NCBI GenBank assembly: GCA_964016885.1
Contig: OZ024741.1
Coordinates: forward strand, 188,480,001 to 188,544,000
Direction: 5' to 3'
DNA length: 64,000 nt
Source of the DNA: Eledone cirrhosa
Lineage: Eukaryota
Under the pieces are notes generated by a model that saw only the letters and a program-made list of their open reading frames with translations, did no database searches and was not told where the DNA came from. The position numbers were made by a program, and so were the translations under genes. Positions 49,301 through 62,913 of this stretch are shown in pieces (position 1 is the stretch's first letter; every line of letters starts with the position of its first letter).

Positions 49301-52300
49301 ATATCTCTGTTTTTTTAGGGACAGACTGAAAACTCAATGTATATCTTAGAAACACTCCCATGTGCTCTTCCTCTCTCTCCCCTTACTTTTCCCTAGAATG
49401 CCCAAACTTCACTTAACTACCTGCTTTCTTAGTTGAAAAGATATTGGCCCTAGGGCCACCTCCTTGCTCACCAGCTTGGCTACTCGCAGGTATGAGCCTC
49501 GCGATCTGGAATGATTCTTCCAGCGCGTCTCTCTCACCATCCTCTGGGGAAACGCCTTATTTATTCTGTCCACTGGGGCCGTGGGGCGGCTAGTGTGTGG
49601 GCCCCCATTTGCTCTCATTAGTGAGTGATTTGGAAAGATGATGACAATGACAGTGGAGGTTTGGTTCTTTTGTGTTCGGACCTGGTGTATATAAAAGAGA
49701 ATGAGACTGTATTGAATGCAAGTAGTTTTATATATGTTAAAGACCACCAGTTTTGTGAAAGTGTTTATCCAGATTTATCACTGAGTATAACCAACAATTA
49801 TTTATTATTAATGTATTTCATGGTACCAGAACTACCACCTTACAAGGTGGGCTGGGTGTATTTTATCAGGACATCAGCACTATCTCATTACAATACTAGG
49901 GTGCTCAGTGTGTCCTTGGTCAGGTTGGAGAGGCATTGATGGGTGTGGTGGGGGTGTAAAAAAGTTTATTATTTTGAAATATTTGATTGTTCGTTCTTTG
50001 TTGCCTAAAACAGGAAGTGTCACCTCAGCTCAAGCCTTATTACTGCTACGATCTCTTGGCTCCAGTTTGTTCGATGAACATCCGAAGGTTCGGACAGAGA
50101 TAACTCAGAAACTTTGGGAAAAGTTCAAAGATTATGGTAAATATATTACACTTATTTATTTCTTCACATTTTTATCCATCTTGTCCTATTAAACCACCTT
50201 TTATCATTAACACCAATGATTATCATCAATATCATCACCACCACCAGCAATGTTATCATCATTATCACCATGATTTTCACTACCTTCATTATCATCATCA
50301 CAACCACATAGCATGAATTCCACTACCATAACCCTATAGCATTTAAGTCGGCCGTATCCGGCCAGAATTCTCTCACCTCTTTCTGTTCAAACCAGCCATA
50401 ACCGACTGCTCATACTTATGTTAATGTATTGTTCTCAAAATAGATAATATCAAAATCTCGAAGATTCGATATTATGTGAGATGAAGTGTTTACTGTGAAA
50501 ATACAATAGTAAATATAAAGTAATGTAAATGCTAAAGGGTTGTTCATCACCTGTGATCTTAACTTCACTATGCCTTCCATTGTCAGCACTCAGTACTCAT
50601 CATCCATCCATATCACAAGTTTATACCATCAAAGTTGTCTGTCTGTCTTTTACTTTCAACTAACCCTTTCCCTTTAATGTCCAGCCACCTTCTCTTTGCA
50701 TGTGTTCTCTATTTACTCATCATTTAAAGATGAAGAAAGATATGAATGAATCTTTGCCAAATTTTATCATAATATTGTCCCACTCCATTTAGCTTCATAA
50801 ATTAATTTATGGTGGAATTATTTGATGTGGTCATATAATATAGGTTTCTGATTTAGGCACAAAGCCAACAATTTGGGGAGAGGGCAAAGTCGATTAAATC
50901 GACCCCAGAGCGAGACTGGTACTTTATTTTATCGACGCTGAAGGATGAAAGGCAAAGCCTACTTTGGCAGGATTTGACATCAGATCGCAAAGGGGTGTAA
51001 CCCTATGCTATAAAGCATGTTGTCTGACGCTCTACTGATCCTGCCAATCCACCACCCTGGTTGTCATATAATATAGATAGACAATTGACAGTCATTAGAG
51101 TGTAGTATGGATTAAAATTTTGCAAATTATTCACTCCATGATTAGAGAGAAAATGTTTCAGTATTTTGTAACTACACAGTGCTTTTGCACTTAGTTTAAG
51201 AAATAAGAAGGTGCATGGCTTAGTGGTTAGGTTCTTGGACTTAATGTCAAAGGTTTGATTTTTGGATTAGATGGTACATTTTGTCCTGGGTATGACATTA
51301 AACTGCAGCCAGTGGCAAGGCTCCAGTTTGGGAGTTCAGGAGCTGTGGGGAATGTGAAGTTACCCCTTAGTTGTTATCACTCCCAGGTCTGCTCTGGGCT
51401 GGAGTAGTAGTACCTGTTAGGGCCCCATTTATAGGTTAAATAATTACCTTACTCAAGTGGTGCCGGTAAGGTATTATCAGCCATTGAAAAGAATCAGCTC
51501 AGGAATTTTACCTGCCCTAGATAGAATGATTGTGTTCTTGAGAAAAGCACTTCATTTCACATTACTCCAGTCCATACAACTAAAAAATGAATAACAGTAG
51601 GAGCTGATGGACTCTTATTTGCTTAATACCAATGAAACAGGGTTAAGCACTGAGCTGATGAACCTCCAGACTTGGGATAGACTAGAAACAAAGGTACTTA
51701 TTTGAAATCCTATCTGATACAAATGTTCACATTTATGAATAAAACACCTCTTATCAATCAGAAATGAAACATAGTGTAGATATAAATATTGAAAAACTTT
51801 TATTGCCAAAGATGAGATTAATAGTTTAAAACAAGTGTTTTAATGATATTTTCCCTGCTAAAGCTAGGGTGAAATTTGAGGGCTCCATGACAGACTTCAT
51901 ACTCATCATGAGGTTGATAATTTGTAAAATTATAATCTTATTAACAATATATTTCAAGCATTTAAACTGGCCACATCCAGCTAGAATTCTCTCACCTCTT
52001 TCTGTTCAAACTGGCAAGTAACTGGCCACTCATACTGATGTTAAGGTATTGTTTTCAAAATAAATAACCTCAAAATCTCGTAGATTCAATATTATGTGAT
52101 ATAATTATATGAGGTAAAGCCTTTACCACAAAAATACAGCAGCTTATATAGAGTAATGTAAATGCATTATTTTTTTATGAACCCTTTTATTACCATATTT
52201 TTGATGGAATACACCATATTTGAATTAATCAGTGAAAAATTTTGAGGAATTTACTAAAATTATTTTAGTTATTTTGTAACATAACAAAAAGGTTTTTATA

Positions 52301-55300
52301 TAAAATTATGTTGGAAGATTTTAATTTAACTAGGAATGTTCTAAATTGATGGTTTTGTTCCATAGAACCAGAGGCAGCTTTGGACAGGTTAGTACTGAAA
52401 GGGTGTTATAATTTCTTTGTTGTCTGCAAAAGCAGAAATATGTATGGAGTTCACCAGAAAAAAAAAAGCAAAGAAACAAATATTCATCTATAGGTTTTCT
52501 ATTGTGTAATTTGCAGGTCTTCAGTTTGATGTCACTCATTATAATGCTATGTTGAGGAATCATCTTCAAAACAAACATTCTTTTGAACCAAGTGAGTTTT
52601 TGGAAAATATGGAAAAAAATCAAGTGGAACCAAACCGAGTATGTTTCTCCTTTTATTTTTTCCTCTTACTTCGTCTATTGAGATCTAAATATTTTTAGAT
52701 GGAATTTTACACCATTTTAAATTTCTGACATTGTGATCAGTAATTCTGTTCCTTTAACCTCTTGGCTTATGTATGTGTGTGTGTATTGTTGGAGTGACAA
52801 GAGGGAGGTCAAGTAAAAGTGACTATTCAAGCATCTTTGCAGGGTTCTATAATCAAGGAATTATTAAATTAAATATTATTTTACTATAAGCCCTATCATT
52901 TTGATGGGTACTCTGCTAGTATATATATTATTTAACTGATTTTCTATTTCATTCTATTCAAGGTGACTTATCAAAACCTCATTGCACAGTATTGTGAAAT
53001 GGGAGACATTGAAGGTGCCAGGTATGTTTTTTCTTAACATTTTTTTTTTCACTTTATTTTATAGAATTATAATTTTTCTGAATATTCATCATCATAATTA
53101 CATCTGCCTTTTCCATGCTTGCATGGGTTGGACAAAATATTTTTGAGGCAGGTTTTCTATGGTCAATGTCCTTACTGTCATTGACCCATACTTTACTTTA
53201 AGCATGGTATATACTGTTAATGTTTGTTGAATCACTATGCTGCAGGACATATTGTTTAGGAAGGGTGGGTGGGGTGGGGGGCATAATGTCACCTATCATT
53301 TTTGTTTTTTATAAACGTCTTATGACACTTTGTGGCGATTGACATACATACTCACCCATTTATATATATGTATGCAAAAGACAAACAGAAATAAAGAAAT
53401 GACAGTACAATGAAGAAATATATTAGTTTTATGATTGATATAGTAGGAAAAGAATCTTAACGTTTTGGATGCTAGTCCTTCATCAGAAGAAAGAATGAGA
53501 AATTAAAGAAGAAATAGAAAGATAAAGAAGACGGACAGGATGGAAACGGAAAAAAATTGTTCAGATAAAAATAACAGGTCCATCCTTGTTGACATCTCTT
53601 AGAAAACTGTTGATGAAAGGTGTCCTACAGTTACCATTTACTAAATTGATTGACAATTTTATAGTTCAGTGCTATAATTTTATAGTTCAGTGCTATAAGG
53701 TGTTATGCAAGGTGGTTCCACCAGTTAGGTATCAAAAAGGTTAATATCTATAGCTAGAAGTGTATATATGATACCAGAAAGGATTTGAACTGGATATCTG
53801 CATTTTTAAACTAAGGGAGATGTAGTTTTAGTGTTGATGGGGAATAGGTAGAGTCAATGAATGCTTTGCAGTATTCATTCTAGCATTCTGTGCCATGAGT
53901 TCTAATCCTGCCGAGGTCAACTTTATTTTTCATCTTTTGAAGGTTGATGAAAAAAAATGTACCAGTCCAGTACTGAGGGGGTCAATTCTTCCTCTATAGC
54001 TTTTTCTGACTTCCTCATTCTTTTTCTCTGTCTCTGAAAGAAATCAGCTATGCTCTGGCAGATGGGCTCTGCCCATGAAACGCTGTAGGAACAATATGGT
54101 GTCCCTACAACTCCACAAGGTGTTACAGGTCCATACATATATACAATAACAATGTTACTTGTAAAGCCACTGATACATGTATTTATTTTACTCTGTGTTT
54201 TTCTTTTCCCAGTCATCAGTATTCATCTACATTAAATTGATTTAAGTTAATCATTTATCTTCATTTCTTTTATCACATTGCTAGCAAAATTCTGGAACAT
54301 ATGAAGAGTGCCGACCTACCGATTGGAGAACAAGTATTCAATTCTTTGATCACTGGACATTTCCGTGCTGGGTAAATTGTTTCTATGTTTTTATCTGAAT
54401 GAACAGTTTGAGTACCACTATTTTAGCCATGGAATTCTTTAATTTTCAATTGAGATCTTGCAGTTTTAGCCTGTAACTTTTTATCTCAGCAAAAGATCAG
54501 CCCATATATTGCCTGCTAGACCAGAACTTATCTGCTGGTTCTGCAAAAATAGCCTATTTCTTTTTTTTTTTTTTGGTTGTTGAGTGTGTTGGGCTAAACT
54601 AATTATCAGTGTGAGATTACATGGATAACTGTGCTAAGATAAAGTACATCTGGAGGTGGAAAAAGTGGACATAGACTGTTAATTATTATTATGAGGACGA
54701 AATTACAGCCATTTACGTTCTGAGTTCAAATTCCACTGAGGTTAGTTTTGCCTTTCATCCTTACAGGGTCCCCTCCCCTAAAATTGCTGGCCTTGTGCCT
54801 AAATCAGAAACCATTATTATGTGGATGAAGATACTAGCTTCGGCTGTACATACACTAAAATGGGAATGATACAGAGATGATATACAACTTCATGTAATAA
54901 AAAGGTAGAGTGAGGGATTGGCAAAATAGTTTCAGTGCTGGACAAATGCTTTGCAGCTTTGGACGGGCTTTTTCTTACTAGTTTCAAATCCCACCGAGGT
55001 GAAGTTTGCCTTTCAATCTTCTGAAGTTGATAAAATAAAGTATCAGTAAAATATTGGGTTGATATAATTGATTTTCCCTTCCCTCAAATTGCTGGCCTTG
55101 TAGCAATGTTTGAAGTAATTATTATAGGGACCGACAAAGGAAAGTAATCAAATATTTCTTTTCTTTCAAGAACTAATGTTTTCTTTTTTCTTTTGTTTCC
55201 TCCTCTGATTCAGGGATCCTCAAAGTGCCAAAGAAATTTTGAATGTCATGAAGTAAGTTTGAGACTATTTTATTTATTTATTTATTTTTCATTTACTTTT

Positions 55301-58300
55301 GTAACAATTGTTGTTTGGTAAGATGGAGCCTGTGAGGTTGAAGTAGTTTGTTTTTAGTGGTAGCCATGGGGAAGGTGATGATGGTAGCTGTTGTGGTGAT
55401 AGTTATTGTGGTGGTGATATTGCTAGTTGTGGCAGTAGTGATTGTAGTGTAACTGGTAATAGTGGTGGTAAATGTTAGTATGGTAGCCATTTAATTTAGA
55501 ACAGTACTATCTCTACCATTTCACTGTCTAAACAGTGATGTTAATAATAACAATAATGATTTCTAATTTAGGCACAAAGCTAGCAATTTGGTGGATGGTG
55601 AAAGTTGATTAAATCAAACCCAGTACTTGTACTTTATTTTATCAACATCTGCAAGGATAAATGGAAAAGTTGACTTAGGAAGATTTGAATTCAGCTTTTG
55701 TTTGATGCTCTCATCTCATGAATCTGCTACCTTCTACTTATGCCTTTCAATTGATGATAAACAACCCCTGATGAGTTCTTGACAAAGTACTCACCACTGT
55801 GATTAGTTTTGGGCAGTTCTCAGCAGTTGATGTATAAGTTGGTTGTTCATCCTCTGTATTACTGCTGATGCAGTCTCCAATGCTTAACTTATCTGGTCTA
55901 GTCCTAAATATAATGTTGGGTTGACACAGTTGAATGGCTGGTGGCAAATATGAATAAAATGTGTTCTTCTTCTGCTTGCACAATGAGGCTTGACAAGCCG
56001 GTAAGATGACCATGTGTTGCTCATACATACCATTTTGGCATGGTTTCTATGGCTGGATGCCCTTCCTAATGTTAATCACTTCACATCATGTACTGGGTTT
56101 GTTTTCTCATGGGACCACTACTACCACAGTGCTTTTTTCATGGCATCAACACTACCACTTTACTGTGTGCATTTTATTGTGGCCCCAGCATTACCAGTTT
56201 ATTATGGTACCAGTACTACCATGTCCAGTATGGGCTGAGCACTGAATGTAATTTTTTATGGTACCAGTACTACCACATTTAAACTCTAAGGATTCTGCAA
56301 ATTATCACCTATAGTAATAGGGTCACTATAACCACCTTACATAGTCTGTAACTAGCTGTTTAATTCATTTAGATTATTTTTTAGATAATCAGTACTGTGT
56401 TTAATAATATAGATTTATTGATAATAAAATATGTTGCTTGTTCTATGATATGAGATTTAATCTTAATATTTTCTTAATTTTCAGAACTGCTGGATTAGAA
56501 CCAAGTACCAGTACTTATATTGCTCTTGCTTGTGGTTACATTGAACAAGGCGAAGGAGAACCTGTTGAGAATGTAAGATTCTGTCTAATCTGATCTATTC
56601 TTTTCTTACATCTTGATGGAAATAGCTGCCAAATCTCTCTTAAATTCTACCCTACCATCTTAAAAAAAAAAAAAAGATGTTATCTATGACTAATCTTCAA
56701 TTGTTCAATTTTTACTTCATCAGATATTTCCCTTTTGTAGATTCTGCGAGATGCTGAAAGTGATGGAATCCTCGTGCGTCCTAATGTCCTTCTGAAGTTA
56801 ATCTTTGAAATGACACAGAACAATCAGCAAGAATTGGCATCAAAGGTGAAATCCCTCTAAATTCTTGAATATTTTCAAAATTACTTGAAAATCATAGACA
56901 ATATCTTTCCTTAGAAATATGGTAAATTGGTAGAAGCATTAGAACATCAAACAATGGTAGTTATTTCAGCAGTAGGCTGGGGGAATTTTTAGCATGCTGG
57001 ACAGTATGCATTACGGTATTCATTCTGGTGTTTTGTATTCTTGACTTAAATTCCTATTGTGCCCTACCAGCCACCATGGAAAGGATTGGAGCCTCACCAT
57101 GTATACAACCATGGATAGCATTAGTGATATTTGGTGTTCAACCTGATTAAGAGCAGATGATGCCCTATAATGTTTTCTAATTCATTGACACCAGAAGGAT
57201 GAAAGGCAAAGTTGACCATGGTAAGATTTGAACCCAGAACACAGAAAGCCATAACTAAATTCCCCAAAGCATTTTGTCTTATGCCCTAATGATACTGCCA
57301 ATTTTAAGCCTATAGTTAGAAGTGTAAACAAAGCAGTTGACTTAAGAAGCATTGAAAAAATGTGTACCATATGCTTCCCAACACAAATTACCATAATAAT
57401 AATAGTTGATTTATAACAGTCTACCACTATTATTGTCATTTGGGTCAGGAAGCTTTTCAAATTTTTAATTTCCCCAATCTGTTTTGTTTATAAATGATAA
57501 TCAGTTGTAATGAATAATTATTTTCAGTTGATAAGTTTAGTTTTATCAAGAATAGTTTTTAAAATCAAAATACCTAACATTTAATTAATTTTTTCTTTTA
57601 TTAAGCTTATATCGAATCTGTCATCATTCCGAAGCTGGAACCAAGATGCTATCATTTGGATTAACCAACTTATCTGCTTTGGCCATGACAAAATAGCTTT
57701 TGATGTCTTTACTATGATGCCTAAACCAATACAAAGAGATGAAGAGTTGACTCTTGGCCGGTTCTTCATCCGTGCTCTTGTGAAAAACAAGATGGTATGT
57801 ATAGAATTCTTGTAGTTGATCTTGATGGTGTTAGCTTTGTAAAGTAGAATAAGTATTGGATAACTTTATTCTACAGATATAGTACACTCTCTAAAGTGGT
57901 TGGTGATAGGAAGGACATCCAGCTGTGGAAGATCTGCCAACGAGTCCAGTGGACTCTAACTGTGTCAAAGATATGACAACCTCACTAGTGTTGGGGATCT
58001 ACAAGATAAATGCACTCAGTACATTCTGTGAAGTGATTGGTGATAGGAAGGGCAGCCAGCCATAGCAAATCCGACAATGAAAGGCTTGGATGGACTTTTC
58101 AGTTATGTGAAAGACATGGCAACTTCTAGTGTTGGTGCCATTATAAAATGCACTTGGTAGTGTGTAGGAATATATGTGAGATGCAGGTCCCTGGCTTGTC
58201 TTAGCAATCAGTAGCGTATGGGAATATGTATGTGAAATGAAGCCCCTGCAGCCAATCTGAAAGGTCAGTGGCCCCTCTTGAATGCTGACTTGGTCTGCAT

Positions 58301-59560
58301 TGACCTGTCCAACCCTCGTTAGCAAGGAAAGCTGATGTTAAATGAGGATGAGGATTGACCTTATTAGTTAGGGGCACTGTCCCTCTAGGGCTAAAGTGTA
58401 AAAATGCATAATAGACAAAATAAATGTAAATTAAATTTTGTCACTTTTTTTGTTTGTATTAGTGGTCATTCACTATATGATTATCTACTCATGCAAATTC
58501 TTATGACCAGACACTCATTGTCAGTTTATGACCTGTCATTTACAGTCTTTGACCAGTCTCACTCTATGACCAGTGACCCATACTCACTTTACCACCTCTC
58601 ACTCACTCTACATCTGATGACCCGCTCAATAACTTGTCACTATCACTCTACAGTGGGTCACTGATCGTCACTCTACGACAGGTCACCTTCATTCTATAAT
58701 CAGTCCGTTACCCTACATTCCTCAATCTACTTTCTGTGATATTTCAGCCTGTAGACAAAGTTTGTTTTTATGTGGACAAGATGAGACAGGAGGGCTGCAA
58801 CAGAGACAATCTGAGTTTCCCCACACAGATGGCGTATATTTACAATAAAACTGGTAAGTACTGGGAATATATACTTATGGTAGGGCAGGTCAGGACTATG
58901 CATATATGTACAGAAAAACAGGTAAATATTGTATGCATACTTACAGTAAGACTAAATACTGAGTAGGACAGGTAAGAAGACAGCAAATTGGCAGTGTCGA
59001 TAGAATGCTTCATAGTATTCATTTTAACTCTTCTCTGCACTCTTTAGTTCAAGTCCTGTCAAGGTCAACTTTTCCTTTTGTCCTTTAGAGGTCAATAAAG
59101 TATCAGCACTGTACTGTGGTTGATTTTTCCTCAGTCACTCCCCCCCCTCTCTCTCTCTCTCTTCCCCTTCTCTTTTCTCTGGAAGAAACTGGCTGTATTC
59201 AGTCATGCAGAGGGATAGGCTCTGCCAGGTTTAAATGCCCAAACTGTGCCATATATAATTATGGCGCTCCTATGACTCAGTCAAGAGTTAAGGGTACATG
59301 CTATGGAATACAGTTAACGAGTGAGTATTGAGTAACCCTCCTCTCTCTATCTATCTATCTATATACATATATACACACACACAACATACACACACAGACA
59401 CACAAGGTATAGTCCCAATAGAGGGCCCTCTCTGGGGTAAGGACTGGGTATACAAGCTCACTTCGCTCAGCTCTATCTTTTATGGATTGTCTCTACCAAC
59501 AGTTGTAGACCAGTTTCTCCAGGTGTGTGCCAACATTTAGATTGGTCCCCATGACCATTA

Positions 59561-59591
<31 letters not shown>

Positions 59592-61580
59592 AACCACATA
59601 TACTCACATACATGCAGATACAAAGCATGTGTACATACAAACATACACAAGAACATTACCTTCATAGATGTCTGACTTGATTGATTAAATAATCAATGAT
59701 GTCATGATACACAAGCAATGCTCAGTTTATAGTTGAAAGAAAGGTTTGGTGAAAATCTTCTAAAATAACATCATCTTGTTCCTGTTTAGTCATGGATAGT
59801 TTTAGTGACTTCCTGAATAACAGTGAACTTCCAGTAGCTTCGCCAATTCTTGATTTTTTTGTAGTATGTTCAGTAATAGAGTTATGGTTGGCTTTGTCAG
59901 CAGAGTAACAGACCACCAGCTGAAGAATCATCACTTGATATTCTATTATTGGCATTTTGGTTGTGGGAGATTTTTGTATCTATTAACATTTAAAAACAAT
60001 TTATATTGTTTATTTTTTCTATATTTCTAGCTTATGCTCTGGAATTAATCAATAAAATGATGGAAGAGGTAAGTGCAAATTAAAAAAAAATATATTTTTA
60101 TTATTTATATAGCACGAATGGCAGTGGATTGGCAGTATCGGTAGAGCGTCAGACAACATGCTTTGTGACAGAGTTACTGCCCTTTACATTCTGAGTTCAA
60201 ATTCCACCTTTCATCCTTACGGAGTCGATAAAATAAAGTCGACTTTCCCTTCCCTCCAAAATTGTTGGCCTTCTGCCTAAATCAGAAGTGTGAAACTAAT
60301 AGGACTTTGAAATTGATCTGTGAGTGTGTGTGTGTTATTGAAACTAGATGAGGGCGACGTCTTCTCCCTCTTTCTGTTGTGCGCGCACACACACACACAC
60401 ACTCTCTCTCTCTCTAAACAAATGACGTTCCTTTTCTCTCTATGTACATCTCTTTGCTTGGCATTCCCTGTCTCTATATAGATGAGAGCGACGTTGTAAC
60501 TTTCTGTCTATCTACCTCTATGTCACCTTGAGAACACAGCGTTCCCTATTCTCTCTCTATATATACATATCTCTCTCTTGGCACCCCCTTCTCTATATAA
60601 AATGACCGACAGGCAGACACCACTTTTATAATATAGATTACAAAACAAACTTATGGCTATACGCAAATAAGCACGTTCATCTAAAAATATAGTTATCTCC
60701 CTTATATCAACGACTTACCTTTATAGTAAAGTAAGTGTAAACATATCTGATGTATAAAAACTACACTGCTGAGAACAATCATTTACTAAATCACTAACGC
60801 TTGTAAAAAAAAAAAAATAGACCTGGTGTCACGATAAAATAGTCTACACTGTAAAGTGGTAGTGTTGGTGCCACAACGAAAATGCACCTAGTCCACTTTA
60901 TAAGGTGGTCATGCCAGAGTCATGATTAAATGTTCTTGATGTTTGCTGTAAAGTGGTGGTTGGCGTTAGGAAGGGCATCCAGCCATAGAATCCAAACTGA
61001 CCTAGCTTCAGTACATGACAATCCACCTAACACTTACAAGCATGGAAAATTGATGTTAAACAGTGTTGATGATGATGTGGTGTAGGGGTTAGTGAATCCG
61101 ATCTTTATCAGTTCACTGACAGTTGACAACTATGGACATGTATGTTGTTACATGTTCAAGCTAACCCTGTGGAAATTCCATAATATAATTAGAAACAACC
61201 ACCAAGTATAAAAGATCAATATGAAGTTAGATATTTCCTCACCAATAATATAATTGTCTGGGAATTTAAAAAAATAAATTTACAAAGGCACTTGCGCCAT
61301 CCCCTTTTCATAAAGACATGTTACAGCATCAGATTTAAAAAGAAATGCGACCTCTGCTCTCTCTATCTATCTATCTATTTATCTTGTGTACACTCTCATC
61401 CACTTTCCATAAAGACTTGTTACAACATGGGATTTAAAAACTAACACCACCAGTGCTCTCTTTATCCCACGCACTGTCTTACCATTCTCTTCCTAGTGTG
61501 ACAGGCATTTTAAATTACATGTACTTCAGCTTTAATATAATGTATATATATATGTGTGTATGTATATATATATATATGTG

Positions 61581-61623
<43 letters not shown>

Positions 61624-61664
61624 ATGTATATATATATATATATGTGTGTATGTATATATATATA

Positions 61665-61763
<99 letters not shown>

Positions 61764-61874
61764 GTGTGTGTATATATATGTGTGTGTGTGTGTATATATG
61801 TGTGTGTGTGTATATATGTGTGTGTGTGTGTATATATGTGTGTGTGTATATATGTGTGTGTGTGTGTATATATA

Positions 61875-61935
<61 letters not shown>

Positions 61936-62438
61936 ATATATATATGTGTGTGTGTGTGTGTATATATATGTGTGTGTGTGTATATATATATGTGTGTGTG
62001 TGTGTATATATATATATGTGTGTGTGTATATATATGTGTGTGTGTGTGTGTATATATATATATGTGTGTGTGTGTATATATATATGTGTGTGTGTGTATA
62101 TATATATGTGTGTGTGTGTATATATATATGTGTGTGTGTGTATATATATATGTGTGTGTGTGTATATATGTGTGTGTGTATATATATATGTGTGTGTGTA
62201 TATATATATGTGTGTGTGTGTATATATATATATGTGTGTGTGTGTATATATATATATATATGTGTGTGTGTATATATATGTGTGTGTGTATATATATGTG
62301 TGTATATATATATATATGTGTGTGTGTATATATATGTGTGTGTGTGTGTATATATATATGTGTGTGTGTATATATATATATATGTGTAAGTGTTTATAAA
62401 TATATATATGTGTGTGTGTGTATATATATATATATGTG

Positions 62439-62485
<47 letters not shown>

Positions 62486-62778
62486 ATATATATATGTGTG
62501 TGTGTGTATATATATATATATGTGTGTGTGTATATATATATATGTGTGTGTGTGTATATATATATGTGTGTGTGTATATATATATGTGTGTGTATATATA
62601 TATATATGTGTGTGTATGTATATATATATATATATGTGTGTGTATGTATATATATATATATATGTGTGTGTATGTATATATATATATATATATGTGTGTG
62701 TATGTATATATATATATGTGTGTGTATGTATATATATATATATATATATGTGTGTGTATGTATATATATATATATATA

Positions 62779-62819
<41 letters not shown>

Positions 62820-62840
62820 ATGTATATATATATATATATA

Positions 62841-62913
<73 letters not shown>

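Noticed and set aside
57528-57583. Alternative upstream acceptor (ttttcag) for LRPPRC exon 10
   Set aside because: It reads into an in-frame TAA before 57606 and has no LRPPRC similarity.
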